Source of the DNA: a virus
Lineage: Duplodnaviria > Caudoviricetes
Length of the DNA: 64,000 bases
Direction: 5' to 3' (one strand)
Virus record (IMG/VR): IMGVR_UViG_3300049332_000001
Span: 1,762 to 65,761 of that record
In this document: in pieces, positions 27,016 through 36,224 of the stretch
Layout: every line of letters starts with the position of its first letter
How positions within the stretch are numbered: the first letter of the stretch is position 1
Made by a program: the position numbers and the translations under genes
Notes under the pieces: model-generated
What the model was told of the DNA's origin: nothing
The model's database searches: none
The model's input: the letters and a program-made list of their open reading frames with translations, nothing else

Positions 27016-30000
27016 TTAGCCTCGATTCAGGTTGCCATCGCCGCCAATCACTTCCCTGATTGGACCGGCATTGTTGAAGTCGTCTACAACCGTAGTAGTA
27101 ATGGCTTTTGCAAACTTGCCCTCATCAACACGGTGTTCGAGAATTAACCTAATCGATTGAATCTGCGGCGCAATCTGCGGGGTGCCGGGACCGGCATTGC
27201 GCGCGAGATTGAGCGGGTTTAGCCCACCTGACGTGCCGCGTCCCTCGCTACCACTGCTGGTAGTGCTCTTTGGTTTGAACAGATCGCCCGCCACACTCCG
27301 TCCAGCTACTGCTGCCACGCCACCGATCGAGGCCCATAACGCAGCAGAGGTAAAGTGCGCTGCTGAGTCAGCAGGGTTAAAGAACAGCGTGGCAAACCCT
27401 AGCGCCAGTTCCTTGATGGCGTTCACCGCCGCCTCTGCGGCAATGGAAGCAAGCGCCTGAGCCAGAATCTTGCGCATCACCGCTGGTCCGGTTTCACCCA
27501 ACAGCACCCAGTTCGCGACGGTCTGGCCTATCGCGTCAGCAACCCCAAAGAACGCTTCTTGTAAGATTCGTGCCGTTGGGACAATGCTTTTATCTACAAC
27601 ATCCGCAAACTCCCTCAAGTCGTCGATATTCAGTCCGATTCTGCTAATCGGATCAGCGCTCCTAGCTGCCAGTCGCCCCTGTCGAAGAATCCGCTCCTTC
27701 TCCTTCTCAGATCGTTCCAGTTCAGCCTCTTCTTCATCATGCAGGGACTGCTTTTTAGCGTTCACTTGAGCGAGATCGTCTATTGCCTTCTGATACTCAA
27801 CGCTGGTTTCCCTGCCCGCCGCCCTTAACGTCCTTAATCGACTTTCAAGTATGCGAGCCTGCTCATCATTTGCACGTTGGTCATCTCTGATTGACTCCAG
27901 TAACGTTTTGTGCCGTTGCGCTGCGTTTGCTAAATCAACCTTTAGCTGCGCGTCAATGATTGCTTTCCGAGACACAAAGTGAAGTTGCATTAGATCGATA
28001 ACTTCACGGTCTGTATCTCGTTGGGTTCTGAGGATTCGGCCCTCAGTTGCACTCAGTTCACTTGCGTACTTTCGTGTATTCTCAACATCTTCTTGTTGAC
28101 CAGCCTCAATATCCCGCACTGTTTCTGCTTGAAGAATTACCCGTTGCGCCTCCAACACTCGCGTATCCTGCCCGCGTGCTTGTGTCAGTTCTATCTCCGC
28201 ACCAAGCGCATCAAGTCGCACCTTAGCAATGCGTCTCTGCGCCTCTTCTTCTGTAATTACCCGCCGCTCCGCAAGCGCTTCTACAATCGCAATTAGCGCC
28301 TCACCCTTGACCTGAATCAACTGAAGCGTTATGTCGCCTTCCTGTTGAACTATTAGCAACCGCTCGCTGGCGTGTCTTTGCTCCGTAGCTCTTCGCTGTG
28401 TGTTCAGCGCGGCAATCTGATCGCGGATTTCTCGTTGCTTGGCTACGTCCTGACCAACAATCGCCAGTCGCTTGACTAGTAACGCCTGCTCTCTGTCGAT
28501 AGCGGTCAGTTCAATATTTTCAATTTCCCTGTCACCATCAAGTGCTGTCTTCTTCCGCAGTGCTACCTGTTGCTGAATGCCTGTAATCCTTACCTGGTCC
28601 AAGTCGCGAGACTGGGCCAACAATCGCTCCTGATGGGCAATCTCATTGTTGATCTCTTCCTTTTGAAACTTAGTCCGCTCATCCTTTTCACGCTCCCGCA
28701 GTTCGGATTTCTTCGTGGCAATTTGAGTGTCGATAGAGAGGATTGCATTAGACAGCTGCGTACGCTTCTGCAAGTCGTCCTTCGCCAACGCCTGCTCTTC
28801 CAGTTTGATGCGCCGCTCAACTTTCAAACCTTCAATCTCGGCGTTTGTCTGTTTGCGAATACCGTCAATGGTTACGTCCAGCAACGACTGCCGCGTACGT
28901 TTACCTGCCTCAAACTCTCGCTGTGCCTGAGCAATAGAAGCGTTGGCTCGCTGTTGCTGCTGAGCAAAGTCGAAGTTCAGCACGCCTTGCAACTTTTTAC
29001 GCGCCGCGACTTGCTCCTCAAGTTGCTTGATGAACGGATCTTTAGCAGGCTCGGCCTGCTTAGGTGGCGCTGTTGTGGGCGCAACGGGCTGTCCGGCAAA
29101 GCTGGGCAGCGTAATCGGGTGACCTGAAATAATCTCCACTGCTTTTGCCATCCGTTCAAACAGGGCTACGGTTATCTGAATGACAAAAAGAGCCTTGTCG
29201 AATTCCGTCTTAATGATGCCAATAGCCACACGTAGCGGGATAGTGATACCCAACGTTAAACCTTTAACGGCACCTTGAAGCGCGATAAAGAGATCGCGAT
29301 TCTCTTCCAAATTTTGTGACAGGTCTTTCAGCGCATCGAGGATTACGGGAATCGCCTGCGTGCCAATGCCGCGAAGTTGAACGTCAAGGATTACAAGTTG
29401 GTCGTTGAACTCGTCAGCCAGTTTGGCCTGCTCAGTTGTGACCAGTCCCAATCCACTCAGCCGTCTGGTGATCTCATCAATATCACCCTTGGACTCCTTT
29501 GCGATGGCAAGAAACGCCTTGCCGCCACGTCCAAAGACCTCCAGTGCCAACGCGGTCTGACGAAACCCCTCCGGCATTTGCGCCAGGGCGGCAACGGTCT
29601 GACGCAGCGCGGTTTCAGTGTCTAAGGTATCAACGCCCAGTTTCCTGAACGTAGTGGCGGCTTTACTGTTCTCATCCTGTGCCTCTTCCAGATGTCGCTG
29701 AAAGATGCCAAGCGACTGCGTTAGCCCCTCAATGCTGCTGCCAGTCGTGCGGGCCACAACTTCCAGCGCGGAAAGCGTTTCCACGCTCACGCCAGTCTGC
29801 TGGCTTAGGTCAAACAATTTGCCTTGGAACTCTGCTGCTGAATGCGCCAGCGCAAACAACTGTTGGCTAAGTTTCACCACCGCAGTCGCCATTAGCCCAA
29901 GAGCAACAACCGCTATTCCAATTGGCCCGGCAATCCCCGCCAGTCCTGTTGCCGCGCCTTCACTGGCAAAGGTTACGGTTGAAAACTGCGCAGTTAGTCC

Positions 30001-30222
30001 ATTGAGCGCGTTACCTACAAATGGAATCCCTGTAGTAAGACGAGCAAGCGATTGAGTTACCGAGCCCAATGAGGCAGTGGAAACAGTTTGAATTTGCCTT
30101 AGATCGGACGTGGCGCTCTGGCGTAGTTGCGCTACCGCCGCACGGGTCTCCGCAACCGCCGCTTTACCACCGGAGGAATCACCGCGAATTCGTAGTAGCA
30201 GTGAGTTTTCGTTAGCCGCCAT
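27016..30222 (-). CDS. tape measure protein
   Basis: 1068 aa helical; LSQQTGVSVETLSAL, FGRGG; position after the chaperones. Confidence 0.9.
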   Translation of the reverse strand: MAANENSLLLRIRGDSSGGKAAVAETRAAVAQLRQSATSDLRQIQTVSTASLGSVTQSLARLTTGIPFVGNALNGLTAQFSTVTFASEGAATGLAGIAGPIGIAVVALGLMATAVVKLSQQLFALAHSAAEFQGKLFDLSQQTGVSVETLSALEVVARTTGSSIEGLTQSLGIFQRHLEEAQDENSKAATTFRKLGVDTLDTETALRQTVAALAQMPEGFRQTALALEVFGRGGKAFLAIAKESKGDIDEITRRLSGLGLVTTEQAKLADEFNDQLVILDVQLRGIGTQAIPVILDALKDLSQNLEENRDLFIALQGAVKGLTLGITIPLRVAIGIIKTEFDKALFVIQITVALFERMAKAVEIISGHPITLPSFAGQPVAPTTAPPKQAEPAKDPFIKQLEEQVAARKKLQGVLNFDFAQQQQRANASIAQAQREFEAGKRTRQSLLDVTIDGIRKQTNAEIEGLKVERRIKLEEQALAKDDLQKRTQLSNAILSIDTQIATKKSELREREKDERTKFQKEEINNEIAHQERLLAQSRDLDQVRITGIQQQVALRKKTALDGDREIENIELTAIDREQALLVKRLAIVGQDVAKQREIRDQIAALNTQRRATEQRHASERLLIVQQEGDITLQLIQVKGEALIAIVEALAERRVITEEEAQRRIAKVRLDALGAEIELTQARGQDTRVLEAQRVILQAETVRDIEAGQQEDVENTRKYASELSATEGRILRTQRDTDREVIDLMQLHFVSRKAIIDAQLKVDLANAAQRHKTLLESIRDDQRANDEQARILESRLRTLRAAGRETSVEYQKAIDDLAQVNAKKQSLHDEEEAELERSEKEKERILRQGRLAARSADPISRIGLNIDDLREFADVVDKSIVPTARILQEAFFGVADAIGQTVANWVLLGETGPAVMRKILAQALASIAAEAAVNAIKELALGFATLFFNPADSAAHFTSAALWASIGGVAAVAGRSVAGDLFKPKSTTSSGSEGRGTSGGLNPLNLARNAGPGTPQIAPQIQSIRLILEHRVDEGKFAKAITTTVVDDFNNAGPIREVIGGDGNLNRG

Positions 30223-30229
30223 AAACTAC

Positions 30230-30259
30230 AAAGGCCCGACTCAATTAAGAATCGGGCCT
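30230..30259 (-). terminator. intrinsic terminator-like hairpin
   Basis: AGGCCCGA/TCGGGCCT stem then TTT on the minus strand. Confidence 0.55.
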
Positions 30260-30272
30260 GCGTGAAGCCGCT

Positions 30273-30494
30273 TTAGAACGTCCAGCCGTCAGTAGGTGGG
30301 CGGGACTGTCGATACATTTCAAAGGCGATCATTCGCAGATGATCGATGGTTAACGCGTTATGGTGAATCTTACTGCCATGCTTATTTTGAAACCTCGCCT
30401 GCCCTTCAACGATCTCCAGGAATGGTTTCTGACAATGGTTGCAAATCAATACTGAGCACGTTTCGCGTTGTTCAATAATCAGCCGATGGGCCAT
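30273..30494 (-). CDS. small Zn-ribbon-like protein
   Basis: LICNHCQKPF...NKHG..HHN. Confidence 0.55.
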   Translation of the reverse strand: MAHRLIIEQRETCSVLICNHCQKPFLEIVEGQARFQNKHGSKIHHNALTIDHLRMIAFEMYRQSRPPTDGWTF

Positions 30495-30748
30495 TAAAAA
30501 CTTTGCTCGCTGAATTTCTTTGTTTCAGGTTTAGGCGCAGTCCCTGAAATTCCGCCCGTTGCTAATGCAAGTAGTTGGGTTGCCAGCCTGTCGTTTTCAC
30601 GTTCTCGCTGAAACTTGTCCCACGCAATTGCGCATTCCATGTTGAGAGCCTGTGCTATTGCCTCATCAGCTATCCCCAGTTCATCCGCCGGACTTCTATT
30701 GGACAGTTTCGCTGTCGCTACGAGTATCAAGATTTGATTCTCGTCCAT
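30494..30748 (-). CDS. tail assembly chaperone, downstream (gpT-like) part
   Basis: overlaps the 3' end of the upstream chaperone; precedes TMP. Confidence 0.55.
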   Translation of the reverse strand: MDENQILILVATAKLSNRSPADELGIADEAIAQALNMECAIAWDKFQRERENDRLATQLLALATGGISGTAPKPETKKFSEQSF

Positions 30749-31166
30749 CAGGAAAGTTACTGACGGCCTCCACGGTCGTCTCGCCCTCCTTCAACTTAAC
30801 AGGCAGCGTTGGGCCACCATTCATGGCCCATGTGTGGATATACCAGAAGTCATTAAGCGGCACATCGTCAGGGCTAAGCTGGCCCTCCCTGGGGTTGAGA
30901 TAAAGCGGCGGATTAACTACCACGTCTGCCAGCACCACGCGCGCAAAAGCCATGAGTTGCTCAAGTTCCTTGTCAGGCAGTTGCTCAATCGCGGCTAACT
31001 GCTCGTCAGGCGTGGCCTTGCCGTTCTTACCGCTTACTTTTTGCAGCACTCGCGCAAACTTTCCCGCCTTAACGGCAAGGTCCGGGCCAGTGCGTCGCAC
31101 CATGACCTCGTTGCCGGATGGACAGGATAGCAACGTGGTCTGCCGCTTTTGCCATTGGTTATTCAT
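30696..31166 (-). CDS. tail assembly chaperone
   Basis: between major tail and TMP; LSCPSGNEVMVRR. Confidence 0.7.
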   Translation of the reverse strand: MNNQWQKRQTTLLSCPSGNEVMVRRTGPDLAVKAGKFARVLQKVSGKNGKATPDEQLAAIEQLPDKELEQLMAFARVVLADVVVNPPLYLNPREGQLSPDDVPLNDFWYIHTWAMNGGPTLPVKLKEGETTVEAVSNFPDGRESNLDTRSDSETVQ

Positions 31167-31792
31167 TACGACTGTGCTCCTGCGTTCTGGGTAAAGTACC
31201 TGCCGACCCTATCTGCCGCTGCGCGCGTTGATACTGCCAGCCCGCGAAACGCTACCGGCGACTTGCTAATATCCTTGCTTGTGATGTTGCCTGCCAATCC
31301 AGCATCGTTGAACGCCTTGTACAGATGCACGACGCCAAAGCGTGTAGGGTCGTCCTCAAACGGCCAGATCAGGGCAATCGACGTGTACTGAGGCTCAGCG
31401 TTGCCGATAGTGACGCCCTGCGAGCCCATCACGTCGCTGCGGGTCAGTGTCGGATTCAGCACTTCCGCCAAGTCCATGTCCATGACTTGAAGCAGCGAAC
31501 CTGAGACTAGCGCCTCTTGCGCCGTAACGCGCGAGATGATTGGGTCAGGGGATTCGTCGGCATTGAAGTTGGTGAAGGTGGGCTTGACTGAGAACGTCCA
31601 GCCCGCATCGGTCCAACCTGCATGCTTGGCGTTTGGATTTTGCGTGGAGTCAGGCGTGCCGTCAGTGTGCAGAATCAGGCGAACACCAGCAGCGCCGTCC
31701 CACGCGCCCGAACCACCACCAAGATCGTAGTAAAACTTGCCCGGTCCAATGCCTACGTCTAACGTGTTGAAATTGTCGGCTGTGCCTGCCAA
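31166..31792 (-). CDS. major tail (tube) protein
   Basis: TTG start with SD AGGAGGTG; GIGPGKFY, GWTDAGWTFSV; position after the tail terminator. Confidence 0.8.
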   Translation of the reverse strand: MAGTADNFNTLDVGIGPGKFYYDLGGGSGAWDGAAGVRLILHTDGTPDSTQNPNAKHAGWTDAGWTFSVKPTFTNFNADESPDPIISRVTAQEALVSGSLLQVMDMDLAEVLNPTLTRSDVMGSQGVTIGNAEPQYTSIALIWPFEDDPTRFGVVHLYKAFNDAGLAGNITSKDISKSPVAFRGLAVSTRAAADRVGRYFTQNAGAQS

Positions 31793-31812
31793 AGTATCAC
31801 CTCCTAAAAAGC

Positions 31813-31850
31813 AAAAAGGCCGCCACTTCTCAGCTAAGAGAAGGGCAGCC
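31813..31850 (-). terminator. intrinsic terminator-like hairpin
   Basis: GC stem followed by TTTTTGCTTTTT on the minus strand. Confidence 0.5.
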
Positions 31851-31899
31851 AGGTAAACGTCAAATTGCGTTTCTTAGACCGCTAGATAGTTGTCAACGC

Positions 31900-32421
31900 T
31901 CACTGCTCATTGAATATGAGCGTAACTTGCATCAGAGCATCGCGGTAGTAAATAGACTCCCGCTCCCTGATTGAACCGTAAACGTGCTCTAACTCCAAAA
32001 CAATGCCGAAGATTATAGCAGACATGTTGCGCTTCCAGTCAGATTTTTGTGCCGAGCGTAATACGGCGTCCATCGTGCCCATATAGCGCATAATCTTGGT
32101 GGTGACGTTTGCGGCTGAGTCGGCGGTTACGCCAACGTAAATATCGAACCTCACCGCCTGCTTAAGACGATCACGGGCATCGGACTCAGTGGCAGCGTTA
32201 CGGTTCGGACCGATGGCTAGTGTGGGAAAATCTAACTTCTGAATCTGCCCTAGTGAGCGTTCCTGAAAGTCCTCAAGGTACTGCGGGTCATCAGGCGAGA
32301 GTGCTGCCTCAATCGTGTAGAACGTATCCAGCGCCTCTTTGAAGTCACGCGTGATGATGAAGAGGGCGTTGTCGATAATCCCCTCTTCCTGCACCGCAAA
32401 GTAGCGAGGCGTCCATGCCAT
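31900..32421 (-). CDS. tail completion/terminator protein
   Basis: position; FPTLAI, VRFDIYV, ALMQVTLIF. Confidence 0.6.
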   Translation of the reverse strand: MAWTPRYFAVQEEGIIDNALFIITRDFKEALDTFYTIEAALSPDDPQYLEDFQERSLGQIQKLDFPTLAIGPNRNAATESDARDRLKQAVRFDIYVGVTADSAANVTTKIMRYMGTMDAVLRSAQKSDWKRNMSAIIFGIVLELEHVYGSIRERESIYYRDALMQVTLIFNEQ

Positions 32422-32903
32422 TACGCCGCTCTCTCTTCAGTTACAAACCCGCTTGCACGAGTGAATTCAACCAATCGTTGCTGGATGCTCTTAACCAGTC
32501 GCCGCTTGCTTTCCTCATTCAGCGAGATGATCGGGCGCGTCTTCTGGTGAATTGGGGCGTAAGGTAGTGCTGAGCCAATTGCCAGTTCATCGCGCTCAGG
32601 GCGTACAATGGAATCCAGTGCGTCAGGGCTGGCCATTGACTCGTATAGCGCATCCTCACGCCGCAGTATTGTCTTACCGGGAAATTCGCGTTCCTTGAAT
32701 AGTTTGTACGCGGGGCTCAATGGCGTCCACTTGCCTGATGCCCCGCTTGCTCCCTCAGTGTGAAACTGCTGCGTCTCAATATCATAAAACGTGGTGATGA
32801 CTCCCGGCCAGAAGTTGCGAAAGTCGCTGATTTCCTGGTCGACGCGATTGAAGGCGCGGTCAAGCACCTCTACGCCCTGAATGCTGGCAGTGAAGCGAAT
32901 CAT
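32421..32903 (-). CDS. virion morphogenesis (Mu gpG-like) neck protein
   Basis: KWTPLS, KILRREDALYES, IGSALPYAPIHQ, RPII. Confidence 0.75.
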   Translation of the reverse strand: MIRFTASIQGVEVLDRAFNRVDQEISDFRNFWPGVITTFYDIETQQFHTEGASGASGKWTPLSPAYKLFKEREFPGKTILRREDALYESMASPDALDSIVRPERDELAIGSALPYAPIHQKTRPIISLNEESKRRLVKSIQQRLVEFTRASGFVTEERAA

Positions 32904-33796
32904 GTAAATGCCGGTCCTGCTACTTTCGCTCGCCACTTACGTGCGACGGCTTTGACACGTGGTGGTATAGCTTCGCGTAACGGCTGGCCCTCAAGTCCGA
33001 CCAGTTTCACTGACGCGGGGTCAGTCTCGCGCCACAGGTTCAGCACCCACTCGATTACCGCCGCCTTAGCGTCAGCCGGGGTCTCACGCCAGCCCCAAAT
33101 CGCAGAGACGGTAATCGGCACGCCTATCCACCATCCCGGCCACGATGAGTAGTTGTAGAAATTGCTGAATGGGGCAAGCATGCCGTTGCTGGACGTCAGC
33201 ACCAAATAGCCATCCTGCTCGGCAAAGGTGGGCACCGTGTAGCCCTCTGGCAATGTAAGCGTTGTGTCAAGTGAGCCCGCAATATACGGCGGCAGGTGCA
33301 AGTAGTTTGTGCCGTCGCTATAGAAAGTTCGCGTTGTGGCGATAGGTATCGGCGCGGCGTTGAAATAACCTTCAGGCACGCCGCACTCAAGGTCAAACAT
33401 GCGACTGGTTTGCTCGATTAGCGCGTCAAGCTCAGCGGGTGTAAGTGCCGTGACGGTCGCGGAACCACCTGAGCCTGCCCCGCCCTGCGCTCGGCGTCGC
33501 ACCTCAGTTGACGAGCAGTAAGCAACGGAACGCTGAATGCGAATCAGGATTGAGCGGTTCTCAGTCTGCGTGTTGCTGGCGTCGTCAACTGCGACAATCG
33601 TGTTGACCAGCTCATAGATCTCGCCCCATGTTCCGCCTGCGAGTTTTACCTGCGTCGCGGTATCGGTGAACGCATCCGCAACAATGGTAATGCCGCTTGG
33701 GCCGGACCACGTTGAGGACTGAATGGTGAGACTGCCCAACCAGTCAGCCCAAGCAATCTCATAGTCAAGCGTTTCAGTTGGTTCCTTGAAGAGCAT
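32900..33796 (-). CDS. head-tail adaptor (gp6/gp15-like) with extra N-terminal beta domain
   Basis: AYCSSTEVR...LIEQTSRMFD...WGW..TPADAK...IPPRV; N-terminal KEPTETLDYEIAWADWL. Confidence 0.7.
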   Translation of the reverse strand: MLFKEPTETLDYEIAWADWLGSLTIQSSTWSGPSGITIVADAFTDTATQVKLAGGTWGEIYELVNTIVAVDDASNTQTENRSILIRIQRSVAYCSSTEVRRRAQGGAGSGGSATVTALTPAELDALIEQTSRMFDLECGVPEGYFNAAPIPIATTRTFYSDGTNYLHLPPYIAGSLDTTLTLPEGYTVPTFAEQDGYLVLTSSNGMLAPFSNFYNYSSWPGWWIGVPITVSAIWGWRETPADAKAAVIEWVLNLWRETDPASVKLVGLEGQPLREAIPPRVKAVARKWRAKVAGPAFT

Positions 33797-36219
33797 TATG
33801 TACTCCGAACCTCTGTGCCAATATATACCACACGCTGCTCACTGCCAATACTCAGCATTTGCCTTGGTGAAAAGTTCACTTGAAGTATATCAGAAGTCAG
33901 TCCCACCTCGGCGGCAAGATGTGCATGCTGCCCGTCCTGCAGGGCAAGCGTGTGCGCCTGCGTGAGCACCGGCGTAGTTGCGCTATGGCTGTGAACGGTG
34001 CCAGCAGCTTGAATCGCATGCAACTGAGCAAGGTCAAGGCTGCTTGCAATGTGCCCGTGTGCGCAGTCCTGCACACTGAGCGTGTTGGTTAGTGTTAGTG
34101 TCGCATTGTCACTGGCATGTGCGTGGGTTGCGCCCCCTACACTCAGCTCATGCAACTGGACCACAGTGACGCTTTCACCAACATGCCCGTGCACACCATC
34201 GGCAACTTCCAGCGTTCCGGGCATCCCCAGGGCGATATTGCCGGCAGCATGGAGATGCGCGCTGGACTGAACCGTCACCGCATGGACTTGCGCCAGTTCC
34301 AGACTGTCCGCAACATGCAAGTGAGCCGCGTCTGCAACTGTGAGCGCGTGAGTCTGTGTTAGCGTCAGGCTGTCAGCCACCTGTCCGTGTGTTCCGTTTG
34401 CAGCAACTAACTCGTGCAGTTGGGTTAGTAGCAGCGAGTCAGCAGCGTGGCCGTGTACGCTGTCTGCAACCAGCAAACCATGCACCTGCGTGATGGTTGC
34501 GCTATCAGCAATATGTACGTGCGTCGCGTCTTGCGTCTCCAGTACGCTGGCAACTGCGATGGTCACACTTTCAGCGTCATGGCCGTGGCTGGCATCGCTG
34601 ATTACAAGCAAGTGCAGTTGCGTCAGGTCAACACTGTCTGCTACGTGCGCGTGAGTCGCATCTGCCACAGTCAACACGACAACTATCGCCACGCTCTCAG
34701 CGGCGTGTTGATGGGCGCTGCTGGTAACTACTAGCTCATGGATCTGCGTAAGCGCAGGGTTGGTTGCTGAGTGCGCATGACTGCTATCCTGGACCACCAG
34801 CGTGTGAGCCTGCGTCAACATGATGCTGGCTGCTGAATGACCGTGCGCAGGGTTGTTGACTGCCAACTCATGCGCCTGCGTGAGCGTCACACTGCCCGCA
34901 GCGTGAGCATGAGTCGCGTCCTGTACCACCAGATCAATAGCCCCAACCCCGGTGGGACTTTTAATCTCTACCAAGCCCACCAGCGTTGGGCTGGCAGTAG
35001 AAAGCGTGAATGAAGCACTTGCCGCAGAGCCTGCCGCATTGAACGTTTGATCGGCGCACGTGATGCCCAGACCGTCCATGCGCTCAGACCAGCCCGCAGG
35101 GGCGGTAAATGTCGGCGTGGCATCAGCAACGCAGGTAGCCTGCACTAAACTGTGCGTGTAGCTGCGTGCCAGCGCATCCCATGTGGATGTAGCTGACGAG
35201 GCGCGAGCGTCCGCGTCAAAGGTTCCTAACGCCGCAGTCTGACGGCAGTTGTAATAGGTGGTAATGCAGACGCTGATTTCCCCTGTGCCGGTGCGATTAA
35301 ATTGCATGTTGGGAGAAGCCGTTGCATAACACCAAAACTTCTTGACACTGGAGCCGCCTCCTGAGGTAATACCGGACCATACGCCGCCAAGCTCAGTCCA
35401 TAGACCAGAGTCGGCAGCGCTCAGCGTCGTTGCGCCTGCCCCTTCCACGGTCGCAATCATCACGTCGGCATTGCCGTTGACGTCGCTGTTGGTGGTGCCT
35501 GCTGGTTTGACTGGCGTGACGCTGGTGCCTGATGCCGTGGTTGCCTGTGAGCCAGCGCGATAGTAGGGATAGTCAGTGCCAGGGATGCAGATGATGCCTG
35601 AAGCCCAGCGCGCGCCTGACGTAGGTGAAGCGTCCTGATTGCTTAGCGTCGTGTTCTGGTCCGCAATCACCTGACTGCCTGCGTTGATGACCAGCGTGCC
35701 GCTAACGACTGCCTCGGCATCCTGCGTGTAGCCGGTCGGGTCAGGCGCGTTGGTGGCAGCGCGTGCGCCATAACAGTGCAACGCGAGCACTTCAGGCGCG
35801 GGTGTGACCACAGTCGGCGGGCGAATCGGGTTGGCAGTGCCGGTGCTGAAGCCGCGTGGACCGTAGTTGGGCGTGACAAACGGTGATTCAAGGTCAGCAC
35901 CGCGAACAGTGCGACAGGTGGCAAGCCGGGTGACAGTCGCCCCAAGCGTGCAGACTGGGTTAGTGAGTGGTAGCGAGTCCCCGGCAACTACCTTGCGCCA
36001 CAGCCACGTGCCAACAATGCCGTTACTGGAGGTACCAACAGTGCGTTGGTCTATACGACTCCAGCCGGTCGGATTGCCAGTCCACAGCACATTGCCTGTG
36101 TTGGCAACGTAGATGATCAGCAGATCGCCAACCGCGTGCGTGGAAAGCGTGACGGTGATCGTGCTGCCCGTACCACCGGGGTTAGTTGCTACTGCGTTGA
36201 ATACGGTTGGGTTTGCCAC
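33796..36219 (-). CDS. virion fibre protein with 16 His-rich 22-aa repeats
   Basis: two N-terminal beta domains then repeats such as QDATHAHAAGSVTLTQAHELAV. Confidence 0.7.
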   Translation of the reverse strand: MANPTVFNAVATNPGGTGSTITVTLSTHAVGDLLIIYVANTGNVLWTGNPTGWSRIDQRTVGTSSNGIVGTWLWRKVVAGDSLPLTNPVCTLGATVTRLATCRTVRGADLESPFVTPNYGPRGFSTGTANPIRPPTVVTPAPEVLALHCYGARAATNAPDPTGYTQDAEAVVSGTLVINAGSQVIADQNTTLSNQDASPTSGARWASGIICIPGTDYPYYRAGSQATTASGTSVTPVKPAGTTNSDVNGNADVMIATVEGAGATTLSAADSGLWTELGGVWSGITSGGGSSVKKFWCYATASPNMQFNRTGTGEISVCITTYYNCRQTAALGTFDADARASSATSTWDALARSYTHSLVQATCVADATPTFTAPAGWSERMDGLGITCADQTFNAAGSAASASFTLSTASPTLVGLVEIKSPTGVGAIDLVVQDATHAHAAGSVTLTQAHELAVNNPAHGHSAASIMLTQAHTLVVQDSSHAHSATNPALTQIHELVVTSSAHQHAAESVAIVVVLTVADATHAHVADSVDLTQLHLLVISDASHGHDAESVTIAVASVLETQDATHVHIADSATITQVHGLLVADSVHGHAADSLLLTQLHELVAANGTHGQVADSLTLTQTHALTVADAAHLHVADSLELAQVHAVTVQSSAHLHAAGNIALGMPGTLEVADGVHGHVGESVTVVQLHELSVGGATHAHASDNATLTLTNTLSVQDCAHGHIASSLDLAQLHAIQAAGTVHSHSATTPVLTQAHTLALQDGQHAHLAAEVGLTSDILQVNFSPRQMLSIGSEQRVVYIGTEVRST

Positions 36220-36224
36220 GTTCG

